Positions 1 to 12,858 of a DNA stretch of 64,000 nt are shown in pieces (within the stretch, counting starts at the first letter, position 1; each line of letters starts with the position of its first letter). This DNA is from Octopus sinensis (lineage: Eukaryota), in assembly GCF_006345805.1 (NCBI RefSeq), contig NC_042997.1, positions 62,372,001 to 62,436,000 of the forward strand, given 5' to 3'. The notes beneath the pieces are model-generated. The model was given only the letters and a program-made list of their open reading frames with translations, searched no databases and had not been told where the DNA came from. The position numbers and the translations under genes were made by a program.

Positions 1-1140
1 CGATGTGACAGTGCACTCATCCCAAACCATGAGGCAAGTTTGTTGGAGAACTGTTGCCACTGCAGATCTTTTTGAGATGTTGTACCTTTGAGATTCTTTC
101 ATTGCAAGGCTTAGAGGGCGCTTGAACATGGGATGAGCAGTTCTTCACCCATTGAGGAGAATAGTTTCAATACCAGAAGATGCAACAATGATTGTATTAT
201 ATCCATACTTTTGCAATTGTTGAAGTTTAGGCTCATCTTCTGTGACAAATTGTGCCAGAGCATCTAAATTATAGGAAGTTAATCGGAGAATTTCATGGCA
301 CAAATTTCGTTGCTGTCTGTTGGTAGATGGTAATCCATACTCATTTAGACGTTTCACTCCCAACTCGCAAATGATGGAGTTTATTCTAAAGTTTATTCTG
401 AAAGTCTCATTGAGAATACAGCCATTTAATTGAAGGTCAAGGTTTGGATTTTCCCTTTGAGCATGATTGAGAACATCCCAACTTAGTTCATGCTTGTCAT
501 TATCCCATAGCTGTTTAGGATTGGATAGGTCACATGTGTGAAGCATTATTGCAAATAAATTCCTCAGCTGAGTGGGAGAATTTGAAACGGCAGCTTCAGT
601 TAACATGTCATCCCAGTGAGAATCATTTCTAACAGTCCTTGTCTGTGGCATGATTCACGATAAGTTTCACATAGTTGACCATTAACCGTTCTCAGATCTT
701 GAAAAGACTTTGGTCCTCTAACCACATGAAGTAACATACGAAGAAAATAGCATTCAAAGTTGTTTGGATGTACAGTATATACCCTTCCAAGTGCATGACC
801 TTTCTTACTTCCAGACCATCCTTCAACACCTCTCCCCTCTTGACCTCCTCTTCCATGTCTTATTAGTTTGAATCCATATATATGGAAATTTGGGACTTGT
901 TGGTAGTGTAATGTTGCAGCAAATGAGTCCTAATTACAGAGTTTGCAGAAAGCAGTAAGTGTTGTTTCTAGAGGAGTTCGCATTTTCTGCATAACATGCT
1001 GGGAATTTACAGGATTAAAGATTACACGCTGCCCATTTTCTAAATGTACGGCAAGATGAACGACTGTTGGATACTTTTCATGAATTGGAAAGTTGAAAAG
1101 TCTCCAATATGCCTCATTGCTGCTAATATCAGGTCATCCT
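1..1140 (-). mobile_element. Helitron Rep/helicase remnant
   Basis: Minus-strand peptides YTVHPNNFECYFLRMLLHVVRG, SFQDLRTVNGQLCETYRESC, EAAVSNSPTQLRNLFAIML, and Pif1-type LMVWDECT; frameshifted. Confidence 0.85.
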
Positions 1141-2400
1141 ATAAGTCCTGTCCGAATATTGAATAAAGAAAACAAATGATCAAATGTTATATTTAATTGA
1201 AATTTAATAATCAATGTATTCCCGGATTATCTATGACTTCCTTCCATCTATTTACATGCTCTTTAATCCCTTCAATGTAAAACGCCTTTGGTTTCAAAGC
1301 GAAGAACTCTGAAATGTCAGTTTCGACCTCCTCGTTTGCGAAAGTTATGTCCCCCAAATGATTCTGTAAATTGCGAAACAAATGGTAGTCTGAATGAGCA
1401 AGGTCGGGAGAATAAGGTGGATGAGGAATTTTTTTCCCAACCATGCTCTTCGATCTTCTGAGATGTGATCGTTGCAGTGTGGGGTCGCGCATTGTCCTGA
1501 TGAAACATCACTCCTTCTCGATTCACTAAAGCGGGGTTTTTTTCTTCAAAGCTTGGTTCAAACACTCTAATTGCTGATAGTAGACTTGAGCATTGATTCT
1601 TGCATTAGGTGGTAACAATTCAAAGTGAATTACTCCTTTGCGATCCCACCAGATAGAGAGAAGAACCTTTTCCCCATGAAGTTCCCTTCTCTGTTGTGGT
1701 TGAGCTTTTTACCTTTTACCAAGTCCCTGTTTACGACGTTTAACATTTCGATAGAAGATCTATTTTTCGTCAACAGTCAGAAGTCTATCCAAAAAGGGTG
1801 AAATGAGTTCGCGAGAATGGAGAGAAGAGCAAATGTCAACTCGGGATTTGCGGCTGCTTTCGGGCAATTCACTAGGCACCCATTTTCCAAGTTTAGGAAC
1901 ATTTCCAAGTTGTTGAAGATGACGATGAACAGTTATATGGTTTGAACTAAGCTTTATTGCCAATTCTTCAATTGATGATACAGGATTTTCTTCAAGTAAT
2001 GCCTCAAGGAGCTTATCATCAAACTCAACTGGACGTTCTGTTCGATCTTCATCCTCAAGACTGAAATCTCCACTTCTGAATTTTGCAAACCATCTTCTGC
2101 AAGTTCTTTCATTCAAGCATTCTTTCCCATAAACTGAGTGTATGTTTCGAGTCGCTTCGGCTGTAGAGTTGTTTTTTTTGTACTTATAAAGCATTATGTG
2201 CCTTAAATGCTCTTTGGATACTTCCATGTTATAAAGGGTTTTAATCAAAGAAATTTAAATTCTATTATTCTGTAAAATAATATTTAATTAGTTTAAATGT
2301 ACACAAATGCATAGAAATTATTTTTTTATTCCATTAGACATTCTAAAATACTATTAAATTTCATTCAATTTTTAAAGAGGTAAAATCGGACAGAGCTTAT
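1141..2400 (-). mobile_element. Near full-length decayed mariner (DD34D)
   Basis: TIR-like ends ATAAGTCCTGTCCGA / TCGGACAGAGCTTAT about 1.26 kb apart; transposase motifs GKWVP, VDEK, HQDNARPH, HPPYSPDLAHSDYHLF split across frames. Confidence 0.9.
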
Positions 2401-2460
2401 GGGTGTGTGTGGTCTTAAACGGCTTACAAATATCTTCCACGCTGCAAATGTTTTTGAAAA

Positions 2461-2795
2461 TTAAGGGTGCGGAATGACCACACCAACACGCTCTAAAATG
2501 GCTCTAAAACCACTTTTATGCTCCATTAGCACGGTTTGTATGGGTATGTATAGATATTTGCATATATATATATATACTTAGAGATATTTGCGTATATATA
2601 CTTTGACGTATTGTACTGAAAACAACAGGGTGTTTTATAACGCTAAGTTTGAAATCGATTTACAATTAATCAAAAGATCTTATTCATTTTTTCATCTGCC
2701 TACTTACAACCCTTGCTAATGGAGTATTGAAGTGGTTTTAGAGCCATTTGACGTCTATTTCTAGCGTGTTGCTGTGGTCAATCCGCACCCTTTAA
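2461..2795. mobile_element. MITE with about 85-bp terminal inverted repeats
   Basis: AAGGGTGCGGAATGACCACACCAACACGCT...CTCCATTAGCACGGTTTGTA is mirrored at 2705-2795. Confidence 0.65.
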
Positions 2796-3204
2796 TATAT
2801 CATCCTGATAAATTAGTAGCTTCTAAGTGGAAGAAAGGGCAACAATGTTCTTTGTCTATATATTTCTCCAGCGGTCGCTAATTTACCCTCGTTCTGGTCT
2901 AACGGCCCATGTTTGTTTTGTTCGATTCCTTGTATATCTCCACTGCCTTCTTTTGTTCCTAACTTTGACCCTACATAAAACCCCAAATTTCATTTTGGTA
3001 GGTATGGGAGCAACTGTATTCGAAGACTCATATTGTCGTTCAATGTTCGAAATGAGTAGCAGACAGCCGACAACTGATGAAGCGTCGATACTTATGTTAC
3101 TTGTCCTGTTTTCCATTTGTTTCTCTTGCTGTTTGCGTATTGAACTCATTTAGTTTCATATTTCATGTTGTTTACTGTTGGTGACGTCCTGTACCCATAT
3201 ATGC

Positions 3205-3240
<36 letters not shown>

Positions 3241-3246
<6 letters not shown>

Positions 3247-3660
3247 TTGAATGAAAAATGTGCCAATCCAGGCCAGAATCGAACCCACAAATCAACGCTT
3301 ACAGGTTCCTTGCGCATCTGATTGTGTCAAACGCTCACCATCAATTTCAGCCAAATTTTATGAACTGTCCAATATTACATTTAATATTTGTAAACAAACC
3401 AGAAGGTTTTGTAAGTTGCGGTGATAGAGCGACTATGGAAGTCTATTAGTACAATAACTATATAATAATAATATATCATGATAATAATAATCAGAGTATA
3501 TAGTGGACAGTTAAAGTATATATTCATGAAATTTGGCTGAAATTGATGGGTGAGCATTTGGCCCAATCGGATGCGCAAGGAGCCGTGTAAGCGTTTATTT
3601 GTGGGCTTAATTCTGGCCTGGGATACTCATCATATTTCAGTCATTTGTTTAATGTCGCTT
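3241..3660. repeat. Inverted-repeat element (about 130-bp arms) with pol III A/B-box-like motifs
   Basis: 3255-3375 is mirrored at about 3505-3625; arms contain TGGCCCAATCGG and GGTTCGATTC. Confidence 0.6.
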
Positions 3661-4424
3661 TAAATCGGAGTATATATATATAATTATTATTACGATATAA
3701 CATTATATATATATATATAAAGGATTAATTATTATTGTAAAATAATAACAATATCAGTGGCTAACATGCTTTAAAACTGTACAGGTAAAAATTAATATAA
3801 GCCTATAATCATATATAAATATATACACCTATAATGAAGGGTATTAGGAAAAGTAACAACATGCTAGAAACCGATGCCAAAATATCTCCACACTATTTAA
3901 ATCGCTCATATGCACAGTTGAAGGCGAGGGAATTAGCATAAAATAGAAAGTAAATGTACCTTTTGTGAATAAAATTCGCAAGTAATAAACAGATGATCTC
4001 ATATCGATCGATTTCAATAAATACTCAGCCATCGACAGTGAGATTTTCCGTTAATTAGTATATATATATTAAGTAATAGGGAGTTTAGTTTCTTAATGAA
4101 CTTTTGACTTTCACATTGATAGCTGTTCCTCCCCATATCCCCCCCTTTTCTTTCTCTCTCTTATTCTAATTTACTTTTAACTCTACCATAAACTTAGTTG
4201 TATTTATATGTTTGCTGTCTGTATGCTTCTGCTTTACACAAAATATTTTCGTAATTTATGTCATAGTTTGCTCTCTCCATTTCTGATGTTTATTTAGCTT
4301 TTTCACGTTAACCTGTTTTGCCTAATTCTCTTCTTGAACTCTTACACGTCACAAGCCTATCCATTCAATCTTTCAACATAATTTCTTGTTTTACCAGTCT
4401 ACATTTTCTCATACTGGTTATGCA

Positions 4425-7400
4425 AACTGTATATGCAAAGAAAGACTGGTGGCAGAGGACTACTTAGTAGAGACTATTGTATAAGGAGTGAAAGGAAAAC
4501 GCTTGCCGAGTGTTTGATAAATAGTGACGAAAATCTGCTGCAATATACTGAGACCCATATTATTATTGATATCTTTAAATGCTATAGGTAGAACAATAGT
4601 GATGATGATAATCACTGTGGTTATGGAAGCGACACAATGCACGCACGTTATTTATATATATATATATGTATGTACATACATGTATATGTGTATATACAAA
4701 TACAGAGAGGAAGAGAGAGATGGGATCTCAATTACAACTCTCGTGGAAACCCCACGAACGACTCATGAAATCATGACGCAGCACAACAACGAAAGAATTA
4801 ACGGTGAGAATGAAGCTATAGCCGACCATGGTGAAGGTTTCCCGCCCGGCACGTCCGAAACTGCTCGCATCAGTGGCAGTGATCTGGCCTCGGACGGCCG
4901 TTATATCACAACAGATCACATACACGGTGTGCGCAAAAACAGACATAAGTGGACGAAAGAAGATTATGATACACTTATTGAATGTCATGAAAGAGTAAAG
5001 CTGGAAAGAAGTCGCGGAGCAGGCCGACGTACCTTGAAATTTTGGATGGAAAAGAACATTTGTCCAATGTCAGAAAATAAACTAATGAACCAAGTGAGAG
5101 TGGTTAGAAGGAAGGGTTACTTAACTGGAGTAGAAATATCTCGGATTAGTGAGAGTCTGAGAGACCCTGCGGATGGGCTACAAAGGATGGTCGGAGTTGA
5201 ATGCAGAGTGAAGGGTGGACAAGAGGAACAGGGAAGTGGTGATGGGGCTGGTAAGGATGAGGAACAGGAACGTTATACAGTGAACCCTGATATTGTGGTG
5301 GGTGGACATGCAGAGGAAATGAACCAACTAGATAATGAATTGCTTGAAATTCAAAGACGACTCACCAACTTGATGAATGCTTCAGAAGAAAATAATCTCC
5401 ATGAATATGAGAAGGGTAGATAGGAGTATGATAAATAAAGTAACACAAAAGATAAATACTGTCATACCATACATCCAGACAGAGGACATAACACAAACAA
5501 GGAGAATCTTCTCCGAGCTATTGCACTACTTGCTGAGGAGAAATTACAACTTAAGAAAACGAAAAATGGTGGAGCAAAAGAACTATGGTGGAAAGGACGC
5601 ATTGAAAGGGGCATAATGTGGGCAAAGCAATATCTAGGGAAAATTGGGCAATGGTTAAGAGGAAACTGGAAAAATGGGAAGAAATATAAAATACGGAAAA
5701 ACAGGTTTGATGCAGTAATAGAGCAGTTAAAATAGGATCTTTGCAAAAAGCCAGAAGATCAGATTTGTGAAAAGAAATAAGCAATTCGAGAACAGATTGT
5801 TCAAAAATAACTCGAAACAATTCTTCTGAAAGTTAGAAGGAGACAATGAGGGAAATGTTGCTCCTGATGCAAATCAAGCCAAGGAGTTCTGGAGCGGATT
5901 ATGGAGGGAAACAATATGATGCATAAAAGGGATGCAATGTGGATAGGAACTATCAAGACAGAATTACAAGTAGGAAAGAAACATTGTCATAAGCACGGAT
6001 GATGTGAAAGAACAAGAGGTTACGTGCCTAACTGGAAAGCCCCCGGACCAAATGGGATTCGTGGCCTTTGGCTGAAGAGATGCCACACGGTGCATGAAAG
6101 TCTAATAGCCCAATTGAATGAGTGTATCCAGAAAGGTACAGTCCCCGCGTGGATGATGACTGGGAGAACAACACTTGTAATGAAAGACAGAAGAAAAGGG
6201 ACTATTGTGAGAAACTATCGTCCCATAGCATGCCTAAACATAATCTGGAAGATAGTCACTGGAATATGTGCGGCAAAGACACATACTTTCCTGGCATAGG
6301 AAGCAAAATTGATGCTGGAAGAGTTCTCAGAGTACCAAGGATCATCTGGTCATCGATAAAACCGTTTTGAAGCATTGTAAAGAACATCATACAAACATGT
6401 CTATGGCTTGGATTGACTTTAAGAAGGTATATGATATGGTGCCTCATTCTTGGATCCTTGAATGCCTACAGATGTTTGGTGTTGCTGACAACATCACAAA
6501 TTTTCTGATATATAGCATGAAAGAGTGGAAAACCAAATTGTACTCAAGTAATGTATTCCTTGGAGAAGTTAATAGTAAAAGGAGAATCTTCCAAGGTGAC
6601 TCGTTTTCTCCGTTACTATTTGTAATTTCACTATTACCCATAACAATGACACTTGGGAAAGTTAAGATTCGTTACCGCTGTGGAAAGAAAGTCTCATCAG
6701 TGAACCATCTTCTCTTTATGGATGACCTGAAATTATTTGGAAAATCTGAGAAATCTGATAGATTCCTTAAACAAAATAGTCCAGAAGTGTGGTATGGAAT
6801 TTCGGATTACCAAATGCTCAGTACTTAATATGAAAAGAAGGAAGAAAGCATTCTGCAGAGGATTACAGTTACCATCAAGAGAGATCATGGGTGAACCCGA
6901 CGGTAGTGGGTAAAGATATTTAGGGATTTTGGAGCTGGATGACATTCTACACAAAGAAATGAAAGCCAACGTCAGCGAGGCGTATCAAAAAGGGTGAAGA
7001 TGGTGTTGAAATCCAACCTGAAAGCCAAAACTTTGATTACCGCAATGATTACCTGGGTAGTTGGGGTGGTCAGATATAGTGAGTCCATCCTCAAATGGAC
7101 TAAGGAAGAAATATCAACACTGGAAAGTTGATGACGATGCATGGGGCGCTACACCCTAAAGCAAACGTAAACAGACGGTATATGAAAAGAAAGAACGGTG
7201 GCAGAGGACTAATTAGTGTTGTATAAGGAGTGAAAAAGAACGCTTGCCCAGTATTTGATAAATATTGATGAAGGCTTACTGCAATATACCGTGAAAGATA
7301 TGGGTGTAAATGCAGATGAAATGGTGGATAAGGAAGAGTTTAATCAAAGAGCTGAGGAGGAGAGAAAAGAAGACCTTCTTGAAATGTAAATGCATGGACA

Positions 7401-8222
7401 GTTTGAAAGGAATACACAGGACGTTGAGGATAATACAACATCGTGGGTATGGCTTGAGCGAGGTGATTTGAAGCGTATCATCGAAAACCTAATCATTGCT
7501 TCAGAAGATCAGGCACCCGCTACCAATTCAGGGAAGTATAACATCTATAAAACTTCTAACACCCAGAAATGCAGACTGTGGAAAGAGTGTGAAAAATGTG
7601 ACCCACTTGGTAAGTGGATGTGAGAGCCTTGCACAAAAAGAATACAAGCGCCGCTACAATAAAATGTGGGTGTATCTTCATTGGCTCTTATATCGTAAAT
7701 ATCAATATGAAGTAACAGAGAACTGGTAGGAGCGTGTACCAAGTAAAGATATGCAGGAGGATTGAAAAGTAATGATACTCTGGGACTATGATTTCCAGGC
7801 GGATCGTATAATGGAACACCATCGGCCGGATATTATTATATTGAGTAAGAGAGACAAACACTGTCAGATCATTGATGTAGCCATACCTGATGACATGAAT
7901 GTTGTGAGTAAGGAGGTTGAAAAAAATCACCAAGTACTCCGAATTGAAAGTGGAAATGGCAAGACTGTATGGAATGCGAGAAGGTAATGTAAAAGTGATA
8001 CCAGTGGTGATCAGTGCGAGCGTTGGGCTTAATCCCTTTGAAACTTCAAGACTTCTTAAGGCAACTGGAAATCCCATGCAAGATTAATGTCTTACAAACG
8101 GCAGCCTTATTGGGTATAGCGCAAATCTTAAGGAAAGTATTATCTGTCTGATTTCCTTGTAACTTGACAGATGACTAAAGATACCGGTGCATTTTTACCT
8201 ACACTGTATTGCGAAGGACTAG

Positions 8223-8303
<81 letters not shown>
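4425..8303 (+). mobile_element. R4/Dong-clade non-LTR retrotransposon, near full length, disrupted
   Basis: N-terminal RHKWTKED...ENKLMNQVRVVRRKGYL; RT motifs KAPGP, YRPIACL, WIDFKKVYDMVPH, FQGDSFSPLLF, FMDDLKLF; restriction-like endonuclease region ILWDYDFQ...RPDIII...IIDVAIP; ends in (TAC)n(TAA)n. Confidence 0.92.
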
Positions 8304-8304
<1 letters not shown>

Positions 8305-8795
8305 CGGCAAAAGAATCTGATATGCTGAGAAAAAATAAAGATTTGATGATTGAAATCGAAAAGATGTTGTATCTCAAGACAGTTATTATACCAGTGATTG
8401 TAAGAGTACTTGGAATGATCAAAAAGGGAACTGAAAATTATTTGATGATGATCTCTGGCTTACCATCCACGCAGGAAGTGCAAAAGTTTGTCTTAACTGG
8501 CCCGTCACACATATTGAGAAGAGTATTATCGCTGTGAATATTTTTCCCTTTATTTTCTGTTTTCTTTTTCATTTTCCTTCTGTCCTTTTCTTTCTGTCTT
8601 TCCTCACCCTTTCTTTTTATCACACGACTTTCTAAATGAAGAATCTTGGTGTGTATATTATAATAGCCTACCAATGTATACATCGAATTTCTTTTCCATA
8701 GGTATCGGGAATACACTCGACAAGAAATGGAAACAAAATTGAAAGAGGATAGAGGATAAAAAAAACAAAAATAATAATAATAATAATAATAATAT
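8304..8795 (+). mobile_element. 5'-truncated R4/Dong 3' end (second family)
   Basis: LKTVIIPVIVRVLGMIKKG...HILRRVLSL* plus 3'UTR homologous to 12070-12435; (TAA)n on both sides. Confidence 0.85.
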
Positions 8796-8799
8796 TTTC

Positions 8800-10795
8800 T
8801 TTATTAGCCACAAGGGTCGAACACAAAGCTAAAGTGGACAATACAAGACAAGGGACAAAGAAGAATTAGTGCAAATATACGTATGCACAATAAAAGCAGT
8901 AACAATAAGCAACAAAATTTATACCATAAAATCCTCCCAAAAGGTAGTTCTATCCTGGCCCAACCAAAGAACGTCACATATCCTGGTCACCCTGACCGTC
9001 AAGGGCACCAAAATAGGCCTCTCTCTCTCCACATCTCTTTAAGCCTACAGGTGTATGCTCAGAGTGGGTACATTCACACGGGGCATCCTCGTCACATTCA
9101 CCCACCTTTCAACAAAAAATACTGGATGGGGAAACTCTTCTCTCTCCATCCCTCTTTTCTTTTCAAGAGGAACATGAAAAGTCTATAAGGGCTTGAATGA
9201 AGAGGAAAGTATTTGTCTTCAGTCCTTTCAACCTTGTCCACTACACTACCTCTTTCGCCATAGACAGAGTAATAATGCCTGCGACGGGGAGATCATGATG
9301 GACTTGGCTGATAACCTGATCCGTCCTACACAAGTTAACAGCTATTAGTCAAAGCTCTACAAGTCAACAATGTCCAGACACTGGACGAGTGCTTGCAGTA
9401 CGGTTTCATCGCCCTTCGCACATCTTGAATAATTTTCAGAAATCCCTGACAGTGCAGTGCTGCCCGAGCGCTCTAGCGGTACGAGACCAGCTCTACAAGC
9501 ACGGAAGTGTTACTAGGGCAGGGATTTCAGCAAATTTCAGCAAAGTCCACCGGAAAAGACAAACTAATTGATTTCTCCCGACGTCCAGAGTTTCCCCGTG
9601 TACATCGTCGCTCTTGCCCATTTCTAATTCCCAAAGTCGAATTTCCCCCGACTGCATTACCCGACTGGCAGAGAACTGTGTGTACTTACTGACACTCCAT
9701 GTGCCAAGAGCCCTTTCTTGGTTTACGTTTGATCTAGGACTGTAGCTCCGACAACGAAACGAGCTGCGAAAAATCCTTTCTGACAAACGGCGACCACACC
9801 TCCTCACCATCAAGGAAGTCCTAGCGCTGTCAGTGTATGTCTGTGCATTATAGCCACAGCATATTCAATCCTCTACTCAGAGGCTGCTGACAGCAGATGG
9901 ACTGTCTGACGAACAGAATATGTTCTTTCTAGATAAAGCAGGAAAAACATGTGCTTCAGCTGATCATCCACAATGCGGGGGGGGGGGCAAGGGAAGACGG
10001 TCAGGCGATAGTGGATGACGGAAGCGATGTCCGCATTCGCCATCTCTATCCGACCTTTCAGAGAGATCTTCCTCTCTATCCATTTCTGGGTGAGATTGGC
10101 CACCCTGCTTGTCACAGCCCGCAGTCCTTGTCTACTTAGAGGTCTGAACCAAATCATACCCCAAGCATTTTAACTGGTCCTTCCGTCCAGTGCTCTATGA
10201 TGCTGTCGGACGACCAGGCTGCACACCCGCCCACTTCTGGTTAATCTTTGCTCCTGTATGTTTCGTACTCCCTCAGGGTAGTGCCGATCACCTCCATTTC
10301 CAAAGTGGCCGATACTATTACAGTGAAGTCGTCCCCATAAGCCGACACAGACCTTCAGCACCCTAGTTCACGCAGTATGCCCCTAGAAACACCCAATCTC
10401 CGTAATAATGGCTCGAGAGCCAGCACTTATAGAAGGGATGAGAGTGGGCATCATTGACGGATGCTAAACTATTTCGATAGGTTGTTATTTACTTTGACCA
10501 CTGAAGAGATATTGCTGTCTATTCAGTGATCCAACCTCTGAAGACGGTTCCGAAACCGACCGCCGCGACGACAATCTCCGAATATTGATGGTTGACCCTG
10601 ACAAAAGCTTTCGATTTATCCAAATTGACCATCCATGTCATGTTCCTTACCTACCTACTCTATGTCGTAATGCGTGAGGTAGAGGTTGTCGTGGATAGAT
10701 CTGTTTGAGATAGCACATGTCTGCACGACACCAACCAATTTATCGACGAGAAACACCAACCACTTGGCTAAAATTACCTATTTGTTATGGGCCTA
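8800..10795 (-). mobile_element. Tx1/L1-type LINE ORF2 (RT to 3' end), 5'-truncated, with internal micro-inversion
   Basis: Minus-strand NLDKSKAFVRVNH, CPLS, AYGDD, KISLKGRIEMAN, DETVLQALVQC; tail runs into (TTA)n. Confidence 0.85.
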
Positions 10796-10820
10796 ACATG
10801 ATCTATTTACAATAATAATA

Positions 10821-11367
10821 AATGCCCTGATGTAGTGCCAGGCAGTGTTTCTTATTGCTTCTGATATTAACTGACTGGATGTGTTATCATGTACATTGTT
10901 TTGTCTTGATATAAAAGATAGGCTCCAGCAAATATTCTGCTCATTACCACAGATTTACTTGTCAGTTCTTTGACCATAACCAGTTGTCCCTTGGTGGTTG
11001 ACGATATGTGCATCTCTGATCACGAGCAGAAGTAGTGGGGAGTTTCATACCCATGTGTTGAGAGGAATTTTGGGAGGTTTCGACAATTCACCTTTGGAAA
11101 CATGAGTGTTTCGTTCAATCTTTAAACAATCCTTATTCAGGGACCTTTTAAGCAGGATGGACTACTCGGTCTGAAGAAAATTCTAACTGGGCCCCACTTA
11201 CAAGGTCATGCGCTGTTTATATTGATATGAGATCACCATGTCATACACATGGTTGTGATGCATCTGCCTGGTATACATTTATTAGAGGGGTAGCCATGAT
11301 GGGTATACTGGACTTCCTATATGTGTACCCAAGTGTCACTTTGATGGCATGCACTGCTCTCTCACTC

Positions 11368-11444
<77 letters not shown>
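10821..11444 (+). repeat. Unclassified non-coding interspersed repeat ending in (TAA)n
   Basis: About 545 bp of non-coding sequence bounded by AAT repeats; resembles a common octopus repeat from memory (unverified). Confidence 0.45.
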
Positions 11445-11445
<1 letters not shown>

Positions 11446-12435
11446 GAAAAAAGCGCACGAGCAATTGGCTGATAGGTGGGAGGAGAAACCTCTGCACGGC
11501 AAATATGTGGCCTGCAGCAAACAAGCTGATGTTGACCAGAAGCAAACCCATCAGTGGCTACGGAGCTCAGGGCTAAAAGCAGAGAGCGAAAGTTTCATCC
11601 TGGCTGCTCAAGATCAAAGCCTATTAACCCGGAACTACCAGGCCAATGTGATGAAAAATGGAGCAGACCCAAAATGCCGATTCTGCAACGACATGATTGA
11701 AACAGTGGACCACCTAATCTCTGGATGTAAAGTCTTAGCACCAGTGGAGTATAAATTAAGACATGACAGAGTTGGCCAATATATACACTGGCTAATAAGT
11801 CGGCATTACAATATCAAAACTGCCGACAAGTGGTATAATCACCACTCTGAAGCTGTAACTGAAGGAGAATGTGTAACGATTCTGTGGGACTTTCCAGTAC
11901 ATACAGACCAATAAACCAGTACATACAGCCAATAAACCAGATATTGTTGTAAAAGACCAAAACAATAAAGTTTGCTTATTGATCGACATGAGCACCCCCC
12001 GTGATCATAATATCTCAGCGAAAGAGTTTGAAAAGCTCAGAAAATATAAAGACCTACTCATTGAAATTGAGAAAATGTGGCATCTCAATGCGGTTACAAT
12101 ACCAGTGATCGTAGGAGCACTAGGAATGATCAAGAAGGGAACCGAAAATTATATGAGAATGATCCCTGGCTTACCATCCCTGCAAGAAGTGCAAAAGATT
12201 GTCTTAACTGGTACATCACACGTATTGAGAAGAGCATTATCGATGTGAGAACTATTACTACCCATGTATTTTAATTCAACTTTAAAAAAAAATGAACGAA
12301 CTATTGAGTTTAGTTTAATGGCCTACCAATGTATACTATGAGTTTCTTTGCCCTAGGAGTCGGGAAGACACTCGGCAAGAAATGGAAGTAAATTTGAAAG
12401 AAGGAAAAAAAAATAATAATAATAACAACAATAAT
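11445..12435 (+). mobile_element. 5'-truncated R4/Dong retrotransposon
   Basis: KPLHGKY...AAQDQSLLTRNY...CRFCNDMIETVDHLISGC...RHDRVG...ILWDFPV...KPDIV...LIDMS...RRALSM*; flanked by (TAA)n. Confidence 0.9.
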
Positions 12436-12830
12436 GGTTTAAAATTTTGGCACAAGGTCAGCAATTTTAGAGGAATGAAAACGATCAATGCCTTCTCTCC
12501 AGCATTGTTGGCATTGTGCCTAAATTTAAAACTTCTAACGACATAAATTTAGAAAATAATTTTCGATTGAGAAACTGCACTGGAAATACTGAAAATTTGT
12601 CGTCAGATGTCTTTACAATAATAGAATAGATGAAAATGTTGAAAGATATAAATTGGAAAGAAATTAAACAAAATGAAGATATATCTTATATCGTTATGAT
12701 TTATTTATCAAATCAGGACAATTATTAAAATGAGAAACAATTATCATTTTATGTTATGAGAACATTTGATTCAAAATTGAAAGGTATATAAAGAGAATTC
12801 TAATTAATGCAAACAAATTTGGTATAAACC

Positions 12831-12836
12831 TTTATT
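12831..12836 (-). terminator. Polyadenylation signal AATAAA of the EF-hand gene
   Basis: AATAAA on the minus strand 22 nt after the TAG stop. Confidence 0.6.
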
Positions 12837-12858
12837 GTACTTCTTTATATAAGTATTT

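Noticed and set aside
3069-3105. Hammerhead-like GACAA-CTGATGA...GATA...TTGTC
   Set aside because: Stem I and CUGAUGA are present, but stem II and the UH site do not fit; at best a dead relic.
10549-10572. CTGAAGA..GAAAC hammerhead-like motif
   Set aside because: Lies antisense within Tx1 RT coding sequence, with no proper stems I or III.
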